From: Laetmonice hystrix
Taxonomy: Eukaryota
Reading direction: 5' to 3'
Assembly (NCBI GenBank): GCA_965235115.1
Contig: OZ249436.1
Coordinates: 47,430,001-47,494,000 of the forward strand
Length of the DNA stretch: 64,000 bases
Shown here: one piece after another, positions 49,540-63,187 of the stretch
Numbering within the stretch: position 1 is the first letter of the stretch
Layout of the letters: every line of letters begins with the position of its first letter
Notes under the pieces: model-generated
Databases searched by the model: none
The model's input: only the letters and a program-made list of their open reading frames with translations
What the model was told of the DNA's origin: nothing
Translations under genes and position numbers: made by a program

Positions 49540-51137
49540 CTTACGTGGCAGGGACAGATGGAGGACATTCAGAGAACAGATCAAGTCTTACGTGGCAGGG
49601 ACAGACGTAGGACAGTCAGAGAACAGATCAAGTCTTACGTTACGTGGCAGGGACAGACGGAGGACATTCAGACAACAGATCAAGTCTTACGTTACGTGGC
49701 AGGGACAGACGGAGGACATTCAGAGAACAGATCAAGTCTTACGTTACGTGGCAGGGACAGACGGAGGACATTCAGACAACAGATCAAGTCTTACGTTACG
49801 TGGCAGGGACAGACGGAGGACATTCAGAGAACAGATCAAGTCTTACGTGGCAGGGACAGATGGAGGACATTCAGAGAACAGATCAAGTCTTACGTGGCAG
49901 GGACAGACGGAGGACATTCAGACAACAGATCAAGTCTTACGTTACGTGGCAGGGACAGACGGAGGACATTCAGACAACAGATCAAGTCTTACGTGGCAGG
50001 GACAGATGGAGGACATTCAGACAACAGATCAAGTCTTACGTGGCAGGGACAGATGGAGGACATTCAGAGAACAGCTCAAGTCTTACGTGGCAGGGACAGA
50101 CGGAGGACATTCAGAGAACAGATCAAGTCTTACGTTACGTGGCAGGGACAGACGGAGGACATTCAGACAACAGATCAAGTCTTACGTTACGTGGCAGGGA
50201 CAGACGGAGGACATTCAGAGAACAGATCAAGTCTTACGTTACGTGGCAGGGACAGACGGAGGACATTCAGACAACAGATCAAGTCTTACGTTACGTGGCA
50301 GGGACAGACGGAGGACATTCAGAGAACAGATCAAGTCTTACGTGGCAGGGACAGATGGAGGACATTCAGAGAACAGATCAAGTCTTACGTGGCAGGGACA
50401 GACGGAGGACATTCAGACAACAGATCAAGTCTTACGTTACGTGGCAGGGACAGACGGAGGACATTCAGACAACAGATCAAGTCTTACGTGGCAGGGACAG
50501 ATGGAGGACATTCAGACAACAGATCAAGTCTTACGTGGCAGGGACAGATGGAGGACATTCAGAGAACAGCTCAAGTCTTACGTGGCAGGGACAGACGGAG
50601 GACATTCAGACAACAGATCAAGTCTTACGTGGCAGGGACAGATGGAGGACATTCAGACAACAGATCAAGTCTTACGTGGCAGGGACAGATGGAGGACATT
50701 CAGAGAACAGCTCAAGTCTTACGTGGCAGGGACAGACGGAGGACATTCAGAGAACAGATCAAGTCTTACGTTACGTGGCAGGGACAGACGGAGGACATTC
50801 AGAGAACAGATCAAGTCTTATGTTACGTGGCAGGGACAGACGGAGGACATTCAGACAACAGATCAAGTCTTACGTTACGTGGCAGGGACAGACGGAGGAC
50901 ATTCAGAGAACAGACCAAGTCTTACGTTACGTGGCAGGGACAGACGGAGGACATTCAGACAACAGATCAAGTCTTACGTGGCAGGTACAGACGGAGGACA
51001 TTGAGAGAACAGATCAAGTCTTACGTGGCAGGGACAGATGGAGGACATTCAGACAACAGATCAAGTCTTACGTTACGTGGCAGGGACAGATGGAGGACAT
51101 TCAGAGAACAGATCAAGTCTTACGTGGCAGGGACAGA
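49540..51137. repeat. 47/52-bp compound minisatellite
   Basis: Unit acgtggcagggacagacggaggacattcagagaacagatcaagtctt, with or without an extra acgtt. Confidence 0.97.
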
Positions 51138-51606
51138 TTTGGAGGGGGGGCACGCAGCGCCCGTGGTCTCGGGTAGCTCTTTAACAGTTCTACCAGCTGA
51201 CTTAAAACTCAACTGTCACTGAAAGATTTTGGTGTGCGCCCCCCTTACCAACATTCCTGAATCCCCCCTTGCACGGTGAAGAGCACGTGAACTTTAGGCT
51301 CTGACCCATCTCGCGGTCATCTCCATGACGACCAGATATCTTGACGTGTTCCAACATATTGTCACTGAACTCTTTGTGTAAGTTAATCGTCACCCAATTA
51401 AAAACAAGGGATCACTTTCATGAAGCTATGGACTCAGCGGGCCACGGCTGCCGATGGGAATATTGCATGCTCCTATCCTCAACCCAAGCTCCATCAATCT
51501 CTTCTCTTATCGCCTTCCATCTAAAACCATCAACTTGTCACTGTTCTCTACCTCCACAACATCTCAACACTCACTGCACACCTCCGTGTACCAGATCCCG
51601 AGAAAC

Positions 51607-51707
51607 CAACCGTGTGGCCAGGACAACAAATGAATGAAACCACCCGTGTGGCCAGGACAACAAATGAATGAATCCACCCGTGTGGCCAGGACAACAAATG
51701 AATGAAA
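51607..51707. repeat. 34-bp tandem repeat x3
   Basis: Unit aaaccacccgtgtggccaggacaacaaatgaatg. Confidence 0.85.
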
Positions 51708-52480
51708 CCGTTTTACACGTCAGCTGTGAGCAAACGTTACGATTATTTTTACCATTGTATCGATTGATGTAATAACTCAACTCGCACCGAGTGACACGAG
51801 GTCAGGATAGAGTCCATGGAGGGAATCCCAGCGGACGGTGGGGAAATCTCAGCGTGTTATCAATGGAACCGATACTGGTCAAACAGCGGCGGTCTGCTCT
51901 CCATGTGGCCGGTCGTAGTTCTCAGTTATAGAATAACTTCACGATAACATCCATGACTCACTTGGCAGTGATTAAACTCAAACAGGAGAATGACCTACCT
52001 TCAAACATCAACCCAGAAAACGTTACATCCTCCATGGTTTCAATGAATCACCTCCTTCCAAACAAGTCAGAGATCTTTCACAGAACAATTAATGAAGTGG
52101 TCGGCCCACACAAAGACACCAGGCAATCCTGTGTACTCCGTCTTCAGTCTCTACTATCATATGGTGTAGGCAACCCAAACAAACTGGGCAGACACAACTC
52201 CGGTACAGCTTGGTCCAGTCGTCATCCTGCTGGGGGTTACTGTCACCGAGTAAACTCATACTACTCGAGACCACGCCAGGATTAAGGCCCTTTGTGGATA
52301 ATCCTCTGGTGGCAGTGGGAGCAGCGACATAGCTGGGATCATCCTCTGAGGACGCTGATACCAGGTGTACTCCAAGTCACCGTCCCTGTGGGTGCGTCTA
52401 CGTGTAAAATCAGGTGTGCCGACTGTGAACAGATGTTGGCAAGTGTTGGCGCCTGCTGCGACGGGCTGGGTCCACGGCGC

Positions 52481-52488
52481 CTGCTGCT

Positions 52489-52533
<45 letters not shown>

Positions 52534-52548
52534 CTGCTGCTGCTGCTG
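52481..52548. repeat. Interrupted (CTG)n/(CAG)n tract
   Basis: About 22 triplets with two single-base register shifts. Confidence 0.95.
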
Positions 52549-52696
52549 CCGCCGCCTCTGCGGCCAGTGCGGGCGGCGGCCAAGGCTGGGCACACCCGGC
52601 ACAGCCAGTCTGGAGACGGCTCCGGCCCGCACCAGGTAGGCAATAGATAGAAAGGGTGCGGTCAACAGCCGAATGACCACAGGTGCCTGTCGTGCG

Positions 52697-53570
52697 GGTC
52701 ACTGTTGAACACACGGCCTACAGCAGGGGCCCCTCGTGGGGGGGGGGGGGGTCACTGTTGAACACACGGCCTACAGCAGGGGCCCCTCGTGGGGGGGTCA
52801 CTGTTGAACACACGGCCTACAGCAGGGGCCACTCGTGGGGGGGGGGGGGTCACTGTTGAACACACGGCCTACAGCAGGGGCCCCTCGTGGGGGTCACTGT
52901 TGAACACAAGGCCTACAGCAGGGGCCCCTTGTGGGGGTCACTGTTGAACGCAAGGCCTACAGCAGATGCCCCTCGTGGGGCGTCACTGTTGAACACATGA
53001 CCTACAGCAGATGCCCGTCGTGTTGAACACACGGCCTACAGCAGATGCCCGTCGTGTTGAACACACGGTCTACAGCAGATGCCCGTCGTGTTGAACACAC
53101 GGCCTACAGTGGGGGCCCGTCTGTTGAACGCACGGCCTACAGTAGGGGCCCGTCATGGGAGGGGGTCACTGTTGAACACACAGCCTACAGCAGATGCCCG
53201 TCGTGGGGGGGGGGGGTCACTGTTGAACACACAGCCTACAGCAGATGCCCGTCGTGGGGGGCCACTGTTGAACACACGGCCTACAGCAGATGCCCGTCAT
53301 GGGAGGGGGTCACTGTTGAACACACGGCCTACAGCAGGTGCCCGTCGTGTTGAACACACGGCCTACAGCATATGCCCGTCCCGGGGGCCACTGTTGAACA
53401 CACGGCCTACAGCAGGGGCCCGTCCCGGGGGCCACTGTTGAACACACGGCCTACAGCAGGGGCCCGTCCCGGGGGCCACTGTTGAACACACGGCCTACAG
53501 CAGGGGCCCGTCGTGTTGAACACACGGCCTACAGCAGGGGCCCGTCCCGGGGGCCACTGTTGAACACACG
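52697..53570. repeat. Variable ~35-50-bp minisatellite
   Basis: Core cactgttgaacacacggcctacagcag followed by a variable G-rich segment. Confidence 0.92.
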
Positions 53571-55049
53571 ATGCCACACGTGCACGGCGCGGACTTTGAC
53601 TCCCAGACAGGCAGGTGTTTCCTCCTGTGTCACTGTTACTCCAGGTCCTTTGTCCTCCTTACCTGAGCCGTGCAGACTCAGTCTGGTGCCTGCCACACCC
53701 AGCTTGTCTTAGTGTGGGTGGTCTGACAGCGGCTGAGTGTGGTTCGATCACACCGGCTGGTTCGATCACACGGGCCCCACACTCTCTGCCCGACCCAGTC
53801 ATCACCACACTCCTCACTGACTGGAGGTGGTCGAGTAGTGGTTACCCGTGTAGTCACGTGCCGGGCCTCCACTCCACCCGGCTGACGGTCGAGTATAACC
53901 AGCCGTCCTTCTATCTGATCACTCTTTATTTGCCCGTCTGATCATCTGGCTTATCGCTTTGTCACTTCCAACCAGTCATGTACAGTCGATCGACCAGCCT
54001 CACAGAGCGAGCGGCTGCTTCCAACCGTAGACTTGTGTCAGGTCTCCGCGTCCACTGCTCGTGTAACCGATCGATCCTAGCTTCCTGCCTTAAACCTTGT
54101 CTCGACGACCTGCCTTAAACACCCGCTGATCGCAGCTAATTCTGCTCACTGCATCATGTCATTCTCTGTCTCAATATGATGGATCATTTACCGATATGTC
54201 GGGTAATGGCTGCACCCACAAACTACAGGTAAACATGTATAAAAGGTATCAAGCGGAAACTAAGAGGGTACAATTGTTTGCTGAGGGCTTTTTGTATAAA
54301 GTCTGACATTTCTATAAGATTAAAGATTGAACGATTAATGTTGAACGTACCTGTTTCCAATTAGTATTCAATTTAACAACATCAACTACAATAAATGAAA
54401 TAAAGCGAATTCTCAATCAGTGCCAGAGGCCATGTGAAGGAACACGTGACAAAATTTCGTTTTGAGTCCTGATTTTGCTGTGTACGTTCAAATTGTGAAA
54501 AATTAAATTGAGCCTGCTTTGATTGCGTCATCCCACAGTGATTCACAGTGGAATGCTGTCTTTGCAGCGGCAAGAGAAGAAAGAAGCTAATCATTGCTAC
54601 AAACAAATTGATTATTTAAAGTCACTCCTACCAAATCTGTCGCAAAGCCCTGGATTTGAATCCAGAACTACATGACAAAAATACCGTCGCCTTCTGTACT
54701 AAACGAATGACTAAACGAAATCTGGAATTGCAGATCTGTCGCTCTGCTCTGCCTATAGAAAAGGCTTCTGTCCAAGGAAATATGTCAAATCTAATCGTTT
54801 TTATTAGAATAGCTTGCCCTACATTCGATGAGAGGTCCTATTTTCCCTGGTACCCTTAGCTAACCCTGGAAAATCTGGTTTGGGAGGTGGGTGTGAGAGG
54901 GGGTAATTCTAGGGCTGGACCCGGAGTGTGTTAGATACAAGCGTCATCAGCATGTGCAGATCTGGCGCCATCAATCCAATAACGTGGCGCTAACAACTGT
55001 CAATCCTGGCCTGTGTGCTACTGGCCACCTGCGGCCACAGGCAACGGCC

Positions 55050-55310
55050 AAAGCCACAGGCTACAGCCATGGGCACAGGCCACAGCCATAGACACAGGCT
55101 ACAGCCACAGTCATAGATTACTGCCATAGGCATAGCTTACAGCTATAGACACAGGCACAGCCACAGGCTACAGCCATAGGCATAGCTTACAGCCATAGGC
55201 ATAGCTTACAGCTATAGACACAGGCACAGCCACAGGCTACAGCCATAGGCATAGCTTACAGCCATAGGCATAGCTTACAGCTATAGACACAGGCACAGCC
55301 ACAGGCCATA
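55050..55310. repeat. Degenerate short-unit repeat with ~60-bp higher-order block
   Basis: Recurring cacaggctacagccataggcatagcttacag motifs. Confidence 0.8.
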
Positions 55311-55854
55311 GTTATCTATCCCCGTTACAGGATATACATTTAATGGTTATTTCATGGTAATCCTACGATCTGACAATTTATCATCTCCGGTCATCTGATC
55401 CACACGCAGTCCCAGTCATGCTGGTGTAACACGTTTCCAACTCCACCTGCAATACAGGCCCGAGGAACCTGCAGTCCCCGAAATAAAGGTCTGACGGACC
55501 TGCATTCCTACGGCTTGAAGTCCGTGATGTTGTATTTTATTAACCCCTGACCCTAATCCTAACCTTAACCCTAATCCAGATGTATTTTCTTAATTCCACT
55601 GTCTTATACAATGAAGTGGATGACCTAGGACCTGCATACCCATGGAATCCTGATCCGAAGGACTTCCATTCCGCGGGACATCCATTCCTTTCACACCTGC
55701 CCAGAGTAGCACAAACCCGACGTTTTACAAACACTCACACAGCTGCTACTGATTGAGATTTATCATCATTTCATGCGTGAAATATAAAAATGCCGCGGTG
55801 ATACGAATTATCAAACCATAATGCATTACGTCCGGGTTTGGAAATAATGCCATA

Positions 55855-56695
55855 TCAACACTCCAGATCTGTAAAATCATGCCACATCACCCCTCTAATC
55901 TGTAATGTAATGCCACATCACCAGACTCCGACCTGTAAAATAATGCCACCCCACCTCTTTCGATCAGTAAAATAATGCCACATCACCACCTTCAATCAGT
56001 AAAATAATGCCACATAACCCCCTTCAATCAGTAAAATAATGCCACATCACCCCCTTCAATCAGTAAAATAATGCCACCCCACCTCTTTCGATCAGTAAAA
56101 TAATGCCACATCACCCCCTTCAATCAGTAATGCCACATCACCCCCTTCAATCAGTAATGCCACATCACCCCCTTCAATCAGTAAAATAATGCCACATCAC
56201 ATCACCCCCTTCAATCAGTAAAATAATGCCACATCACCCTCTTCAATCAGTAAAATAATGCCACATCACCCCTTCAATCAGTAATGCCACATCACCCCCT
56301 TCAATCAGTAATGCCACATCACCCCCTTCAATCAGTAATGCCACATCACCCCCTTCAATCAGTAAAATAATGCCACATCACCCCCTTCAATCAGTAAAAT
56401 AATGCCACATCACCCCCTTCAATCAGTAATGCCACATCACCCCCTTCAATCAGTAATGCCACATCACCCCCTTCAATCAGTAATGCCACATCACCCCCTT
56501 CAATCAGTAATGCCACATCACCCCCTTCAATCAGTAAAATAATGCCACATCACCCCCTTCAATCAGTAATGCCACATCACCCCCTTCAATCAGTAATGCC
56601 ACATCACCCCCTTCAATCAGTAATGCCACATCACCCCCTTCAATCAGTAAAATAATGCCACATCACCCCCTTCAATCAGTAATGCCACATCACCT
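55855..56695. repeat. 27/33-bp minisatellite
   Basis: Unit taatgccacatcacccccttcaatcag, with or without an extra taaaa-type 6-mer. Confidence 0.95.
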
Positions 56696-57512
56696 ATTCC
56701 GACCACCCCTACATCACAACATGTATATCACAACAACAGACAGAAAGAACCCCTGTAATTCACGATCCATACCCTGACAAACGAGACCACCTTCCGACAT
56801 GGGGTGTACTAACTGCCCCCGGACCCACCACTACAGGCGAGCACTTATACATTAACTGGCCCGACCAATTGCCTGACCATCAGCGAAATGGCATTGGAGA
56901 TGTGTTGTTGTGGGGTGGGTGGGTCAGACCGAGGCCTGTAGCCGTCCTTGAAGCCCTCCGACTCTTTATGATTCTACAATAGCTCTGGTCACAATGACCC
57001 ACCCATCAATATACCCTGACAGCTAGCCCGCCGACTTTCTCTCATATTGATCCCCATCTATAAATAGATCACACTTCACTAACCTAAACCACACACTGTA
57101 TAATGTAGGACTGGTTTTACATGTGCAGTCACAAAACTACAGCTTGATTCATTCATAATTTTCCTGCAGGTTGTTTCATGGCCTCACAAAAGCTCGTTAT
57201 GAGAATATCGGTTTCCTCACTATCATATCATGATCTCGTCTCCTACGCCTCCGTCCGAGGTCATGATCATCATTAAACTGATTATTTTTTGAGGACAAAA
57301 ACAGCACTTTTCGATCAATTTATTATCAGTAGGTCATTATTATTTTACGATCCCCGTCATTGTTTCCAGCATCGTCATTTTAACCGAAATATCCCCCATT
57401 ACAGCACAGCGAAAGGTCAATTTACAGGCCGTTGGTTTCCAATGTTAATGGAATGCTTCGATTTCCCTGGAGTTTCATACTTCACCACGTTGGCCTTTAC
57501 CCAAGGACACGT

Positions 57513-58846
57513 AGGCTGGGTTCACACCTTGCTGGTTTGTGACGCACACTCAGGCTGGGTTCACACCTTGTGGTTTGTGACACACACTCAGGCTGGGTTC
57601 ACACCTTGTGGTTTGTGACACACACTCAGGCTGGGTTCACACCTTGTGGTTTGTGACACACACTCAGGCTGGGTTCACACCTTGTGGTTTGTGACACACA
57701 CTCAGGCTGGGTTCACACCTTGTGGTTTGTGACGCACACTCAGGCTGGGTTCACACCTTGTGGTTTGTGACACACACTCAGGCTGGGTTCACACCTTGCT
57801 GGTTTGTGACACACACTCAGGCTGGGTTCACACCTTGTGGTTTGTGACGCACACTCAGGCTGGGTTCACACCTTGTGGTTTGTGACGCACACTCAGGCTG
57901 GGTTCACACCTTGTGGTTTGTGACGCACACTCAGGCTGGGTTCACACCTTGTGGTTTGTGACGCACACTCAGGCTGGGTTCACACCTTGCGGTTTGTGAC
58001 GCACACTCAGGCTGGGTTCACACCTTGTGGTTTGTGACACACACTCAGGCTGGGTTCACACCTTGTGGTTTGTGACACACACTCAGGCTGGGTTCACACC
58101 TTGCTGGTTCGTGACGCACACTCTGGCTGGGTTCACACCTTGGTTTGTGACGCACACTCAGGCTGGGTTCACACCTTGTGGTTTGTGACGCACACTCAGG
58201 CTGGGTTCACACCTTGTGGTTTGTGACGCACACTCAGGCTGGGTTCACACCTTGCTGGTTCGTGACGCACACTCTGGCTGGGTTCACACCTTGGTTTGTG
58301 ACGCACACTCAGGCTGGGTTCACACCTTGTGGTTTGTGACGCACACTCAGGCTGGGTTCACACCTTGTGGTTTGTGACGCACACTCAGGCTGGGTTCACA
58401 CCTTGTGGTTTGTGACGCACACTCAGGCTGGGTTCACACCTTGCTGGTTTGTGACGCACACTCAGGCTGGGTTCACACCTTGTGGTTTGTGACGCACACT
58501 CAGGCTGGGTTCACACCTTGCTGGTTTGTGACACACACTCAGGCTGGGTTCACACCTTGCTGGTTTGTGACACACACTCAGGCTGGGTTCACACCTTGTG
58601 GTTTGTGACACACACTCAGGCTTGGTTCACACCCTGCTGGTTTGTGACACACACTCAGGCTGGGTTCACACCTTGTGGTTTGTGACGCACACTCAGGCTG
58701 GGTTCACACCTTGTGGTTTGTGACACACACTCAGGCTGGGTTCACACCTTGCTGGTTTGTGACGCACACTGAGGCTGGGTTCACACCTTGCTGGTTTGTG
58801 ACGCACACTGTGGCTGGGTTCACACCTTGCTGCTTTGTGACGCACA
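57513..58846. repeat. 38/39-bp minisatellite, ~35 copies
   Basis: Unit gtttgtgacacacactcaggctgggttcacaccttgtg. No unique spacers, so not CRISPR. Confidence 0.97.
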
Positions 58847-59384
58847 ACATTCCGTCCCAGCTCAGAAGGGCATTCCTCTTCTCTTGCCTTCCTTTATATT
58901 ATAAATTGTGACCACTTTAGCCTGTCACAGCTTCAGAAAGCAGTGATATATATACAAAGTAATACCGCTTAAAAAGGCTTTCCATTTACAAATTGTGCAC
59001 GCGATCGTGAAATCTTCTTCTATAGAAAATATTGATAAATTAATGTGCATTGGTATTGTGTGAATTGGGAAGAAAATCGGGCATGAGATTAAAAAAAACT
59101 TAATATCCGTACAAGGAAAAAGTTATCCCAGACTGAGACGCCAGCGTCTCACTCCTCAATATCCTGTGTCCTAGAACAAAACTACCCCGGCTCGTCGTGT
59201 GTGGTCCTCCCTTCACATGGGAGTGATTCCTAGTGGTTTCACACCACACCGATCGCAATGGTCATAGATAAACCTTCATCGTTAAACCAGGGTCTCCTCC
59301 AGCTGGACAACTGGCAGATCCCTCATGGTCAGAACTACGTCAGAACTCACATTTTGGTGGTAAGAAAGAAAAACAAAACTCGTT

Positions 59385-59853
59385 TACTATTCTTAGCTCA
59401 AGGTCTAACCTTCACATCTATCCATGCCCCCACAAAACGTATCTCACTCCCAAACAGTCCCCTTACTCTACACCTACCCCCCCCCCCCCACACACACACA
59501 CACAAATAAACCCTATTACTATTCTCAGGTCCAGGTCTAACCCTCACATCTACCCATGCCCCCACAAAACGTATCTCACTCCCAAACACCCCCTTACTCT
59601 ACACCTATCCCCCCACAAATAAACCCTATTACTATTCTCAGGTCCAGGTCTAACCCTCACATCTACCCATGCCCCCACAAAACGTATCTCACTCCCAAAC
59701 ACCCCCTTACTCTACACCTATCCCCCCACAAATAAACCCTATTACTATTCTCAGGTCCAGGTCTAACCCTCACATCTACCCATGCCCCCACAAAACGTAT
59801 CTCACTCCCAAACATCCCCTTACTCTACACCTATCCCCCACAAACAAACCCTA
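59385..59853. repeat. ~113-bp satellite, left arm (~4 units)
   Basis: Unit ttctcaggtccaggtctaaccctcacatctacccatgcc...aaaccctattacta. Confidence 0.95.
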
Positions 59854-59860
59854 ATATTAC

Positions 59861-62800
59861 ATATATGTATATATGTGCTGTATTTGTACCTTGTATGCAC
59901 CCAGTGAAAGACTTTCACCCATGATTATGTATACCTCATTGCGTTCTCAAACTAAGATTCGTAAAACCCTAGATGAAGAAATTGACAAAACGAACTACCC
60001 GTATATGAAGACTCGACTGTATAAAATATCTCACGTATCTTACCAATGTGTACTAATGAACAAGTGAACATATCAGCGGAAGAGCTCTCAATGATGAAGG
60101 GATTTAAAATTATGCATCTCAACGTCAGAAGTTTACTACCTAAACTCGATAGCATTGTACATAACTTTACCCCATACGTGAACATTCTGTGCCTGAGTGA
60201 AACATGGTTGTCACCTGAATTACCATCATCAATGGTACAGATTAAAGGATACCAGATAATTCGTAATGATAGAGTTAACAAAAGGGGAGGGGGTACTTGC
60301 ACTTATGTTAAAGAAGATATAAATTTCCAGGTAGTAACCCAAATTTCGAATTGTCACATAGAACTGCAAGTCCTTATTATCAAGGGTAATAATGCTAAGA
60401 AAATAATCCTATTAAACTGCTATAGACCACCTAAGGGAACCCCAGGAATAGCTATCGAAACAATTAGAGAATGTATAAACACTATTAATGATTTACATAA
60501 ATGTGAAGTGGTCATCATTGGAGATCTTAACCTAGATTATTCGGATAAAAAAGCCGATTCGTATAAACTACTTGCTGGCTTAGAAGATGACTATACACTA
60601 AAACAAATTATAGAAAACGATACCCGAATTCATCTTAAAGGTAGTACCTTAATAGATGTAGTTATTACCAATATCAAGAACATATTTAGCTCGGGATGCA
60701 TAAACTACAATATTAGCGATCACCTACCTGTATATATTATCAAAAAAAGGAAACATACCGTTAGAGATAAGAAGTTTATTTATTGCAGACGTTTTAGCAA
60801 CTATAATAAGGAGCTATTCCAAAGTAGATTAAAAAATTTAGATTGGACAGTCCTTGATCTACTGGAAGATATAAATGACATGTGGGATATGATCTACAAA
60901 GGTATTGAGTTTGAAATTGACCGCATGTGCCCCTATAGAAAGGTTAAAGTTGGAAGTCAACGACCCGAGTGGTTAAATAGGGAACTAACAGAGTTTGAGC
61001 TGCAAAGAGATATTTTATTTAGGATTTACCGTAGAAGTAAAACCCAATATAACTATGATAGGGCCTGCCATGCAAGGAGAACCTACAATAAACTAGTCAG
61101 AGATGCTAAGCAAAACTATATGTTGAATAAATTAAAAGAACACGAAAAAGACCAAAAGAAATTCTGGAAAGATATTAAAACTTTAATACCGGAGATGTCA
61201 AATATTAAAATCGATGAAATACGTAATCCAGTTAATGGTAACATGTGTAAAGATAAAGAGGCGACGGAACTGATGAATGACTATTTTATTAATATAGGAA
61301 AGGATCTAGCCGACCGACTACCACATCCCTCGGCAATCAACAGACCTACAGTCCAGAAGAGCAATGCAGTATTAGCAGACCTTGGCAAATTCACAGTCGA
61401 CAGTCTTTGTAATATCTTGAATGAAATCTCTTTATCAAAGTCATCGGGATTAAATAGAGTTAGCACGAGAGTCCTAGTCGATGCATTCAATGCAATACCA
61501 GACATCATTGTTAGGCTCTACAACTACTCGCTGGAAAACTCCCAAATTCCTACGGCATTTAAAGTGGCTAGAGTTACCCCAGTACCTAAAAAAGGAGATC
61601 CAACGGATTTGAATAACTTAAGACCGATCTCTAACACTCCCCTGCCATCAAAGATCTTGGAAAAACACGTAAACAAAATTGTCTACAACTATATGGAAAG
61701 CAATAACCTCTTTTTATCTTCACAAAATGGATTCAGGAAGGGAAAGTCAACAACTGGTGCGGTCAACAAAGTTGTAAACCAAATATTTGAACATAAGAAT
61801 AGTGGCCAATACAGCATTATAGTTTTCATGGATCTGGCAAAAGCATTTAATTGTATCAACCATGATATCCTAGCCACTAAATTAGAAAATGTGGGTATAA
61901 TATATAAAAGCAAATCATGGATAATAGAATACTTAAAAGATAGGCAGCAATTTGTAAGACACAATGAAATTGAATCAGAATGTAAAGTTATCAATTACGG
62001 CATACCGCAAGGTACAATTCTTGGCCCGTTGATCTACTTATTATATGTCAATGACATATTGGACTCCGATATAAAATCAGACTTAAGTGCATTTGCCGAC
62101 GACACAGCTATGGTAGCACACAGTTTTAGTTTGCCAGAATTGGTAACACAAATTACTGACGACATTAATAAACTGAATACTTGGTTTATAAACAATAAAC
62201 TTACAGTTAATGTAAAGAAAACGAAATGTATGCTTTTTGGTAGAAGCAGTGACGAAGATAGAAATATCCATATCAGTATTAATAACAACAATCTAGAATT
62301 TGTTAACAAATTTACATATTTGGGGATAGTTATTGACAATAAACTTCAATTCCATCATCACATTAAAAATTGTATCAAGAAAGCCGGACACAAGGTATAT
62401 ATGTTATCTAAATTAAGACGATATGTAAATAAAACGACTGCATTAACTATATTCAAATCAATGATTTTACCATATCTCGAATATGGTAACATTTTTAACG
62501 GGACGTGTACAGAATATTATAAACACAAACTGCAAGTAATACAAAACAATGGGTTAAAGATTGCATTGAACAAGGATAGATTATTCAATACTTTTCAGCT
62601 ACACCAGGAAGCAAAGTTACTCCCATGTAAATATAGACGACTAATTATGATGCAAAAGATTACCTTTTTTGAGGTACTTGAAAACACTTCCAGAATAGCT
62701 CAATCAAACATTACAAGAGCACATGATGCAGTTCTATTAGAAGTACCCAGACCTAGGAGTGAGCATTTTAAGAAATGTAATAGCTACACTGGGCCTACAC

Positions 62801-63187
62801 TTTGGAACGAACTACCAGTTTACATGAGAAACCTAAAGGACAAGAAGGAATTTAAAGTAGAGATTAAAAAATATTATAATAATATGTACATGAATGAAAG
62901 ACACTAGGGGGAACAAGATAGATTTATCTCGTAAGAAGCTCTAAGAAGCATGGGTTAAATTGTATACGAAAGTGAATGTGTAAGTGCAGAAATATTATAT
63001 GTAATTGTTAAGTGCTAAGAAGGATGTGTAAAACTATATACTGTACATACAAGGTAATGTAGAATGTATGGGTGAAAGTGTATAATACGTTAATGTATCA
63101 CAGGGCCCTACATTAATGGCGGCTGACAAGTCGAGTGGGTTCCCCTGTCAAAATATGCATAATAAAAAAAAAAAAAAAAAAAAAAAA
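59861..63187 (+). mobile_element. Non-LTR retrotransposon (L2/CR1/Crack-like LINE), ORF2 plus 3' UTR and poly-A, no recognisable ORF1
   Basis: Intact APE-RT ORF, ~250-nt 3' UTR ending AATAAA/A24 at 63161-63187, satellite on both sides. The 5' boundary is approximate; no TSD seen. Confidence 0.92.
60046..62907 (+). CDS. LINE ORF2: AP endonuclease plus reverse transcriptase, 953 aa, uninterrupted
   Basis: APE motifs HLNVRSL, LSETWL, RNDR..RGGG, IGDLNLD, SDHLPV. RT motifs LRPIS, QNGFRKGKST, DLAKAFN, GIPQGTILGP, AFADDT, YLGIVID. Confidence 0.97.
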   Translation: MCTNEQVNISAEELSMMKGFKIMHLNVRSLLPKLDSIVHNFTPYVNILCLSETWLSPELPSSMVQIKGYQIIRNDRVNKRGGGTCTYVKEDINFQVVTQISNCHIELQVLIIKGNNAKKIILLNCYRPPKGTPGIAIETIRECINTINDLHKCEVVIIGDLNLDYSDKKADSYKLLAGLEDDYTLKQIIENDTRIHLKGSTLIDVVITNIKNIFSSGCINYNISDHLPVYIIKKRKHTVRDKKFIYCRRFSNYNKELFQSRLKNLDWTVLDLLEDINDMWDMIYKGIEFEIDRMCPYRKVKVGSQRPEWLNRELTEFELQRDILFRIYRRSKTQYNYDRACHARRTYNKLVRDAKQNYMLNKLKEHEKDQKKFWKDIKTLIPEMSNIKIDEIRNPVNGNMCKDKEATELMNDYFINIGKDLADRLPHPSAINRPTVQKSNAVLADLGKFTVDSLCNILNEISLSKSSGLNRVSTRVLVDAFNAIPDIIVRLYNYSLENSQIPTAFKVARVTPVPKKGDPTDLNNLRPISNTPLPSKILEKHVNKIVYNYMESNNLFLSSQNGFRKGKSTTGAVNKVVNQIFEHKNSGQYSIIVFMDLAKAFNCINHDILATKLENVGIIYKSKSWIIEYLKDRQQFVRHNEIESECKVINYGIPQGTILGPLIYLLYVNDILDSDIKSDLSAFADDTAMVAHSFSLPELVTQITDDINKLNTWFINNKLTVNVKKTKCMLFGRSSDEDRNIHISINNNNLEFVNKFTYLGIVIDNKLQFHHHIKNCIKKAGHKVYMLSKLRRYVNKTTALTIFKSMILPYLEYGNIFNGTCTEYYKHKLQVIQNNGLKIALNKDRLFNTFQLHQEAKLLPCKYRRLIMMQKITFFEVLENTSRIAQSNITRAHDAVLLEVPRPRSEHFKKCNSYTGPTLWNELPVYMRNLKDKKEFKVEIKKYYNNMYMNERH

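Noticed and set aside
49493-51222. Three 503-554 aa ORFs
   Set aside because: They are translations of a stop-free 47/52-bp array in all three frames, with no domain content.
57513-58846. CRISPR-like 38-bp repeats with internal dyad
   Set aside because: Units are head-to-tail with no spacers, there are no cas genes, and the context is eukaryotic.
61281-62339. Minus-strand ORFs within the LINE
   Set aside because: Antisense shadows of ORF2.
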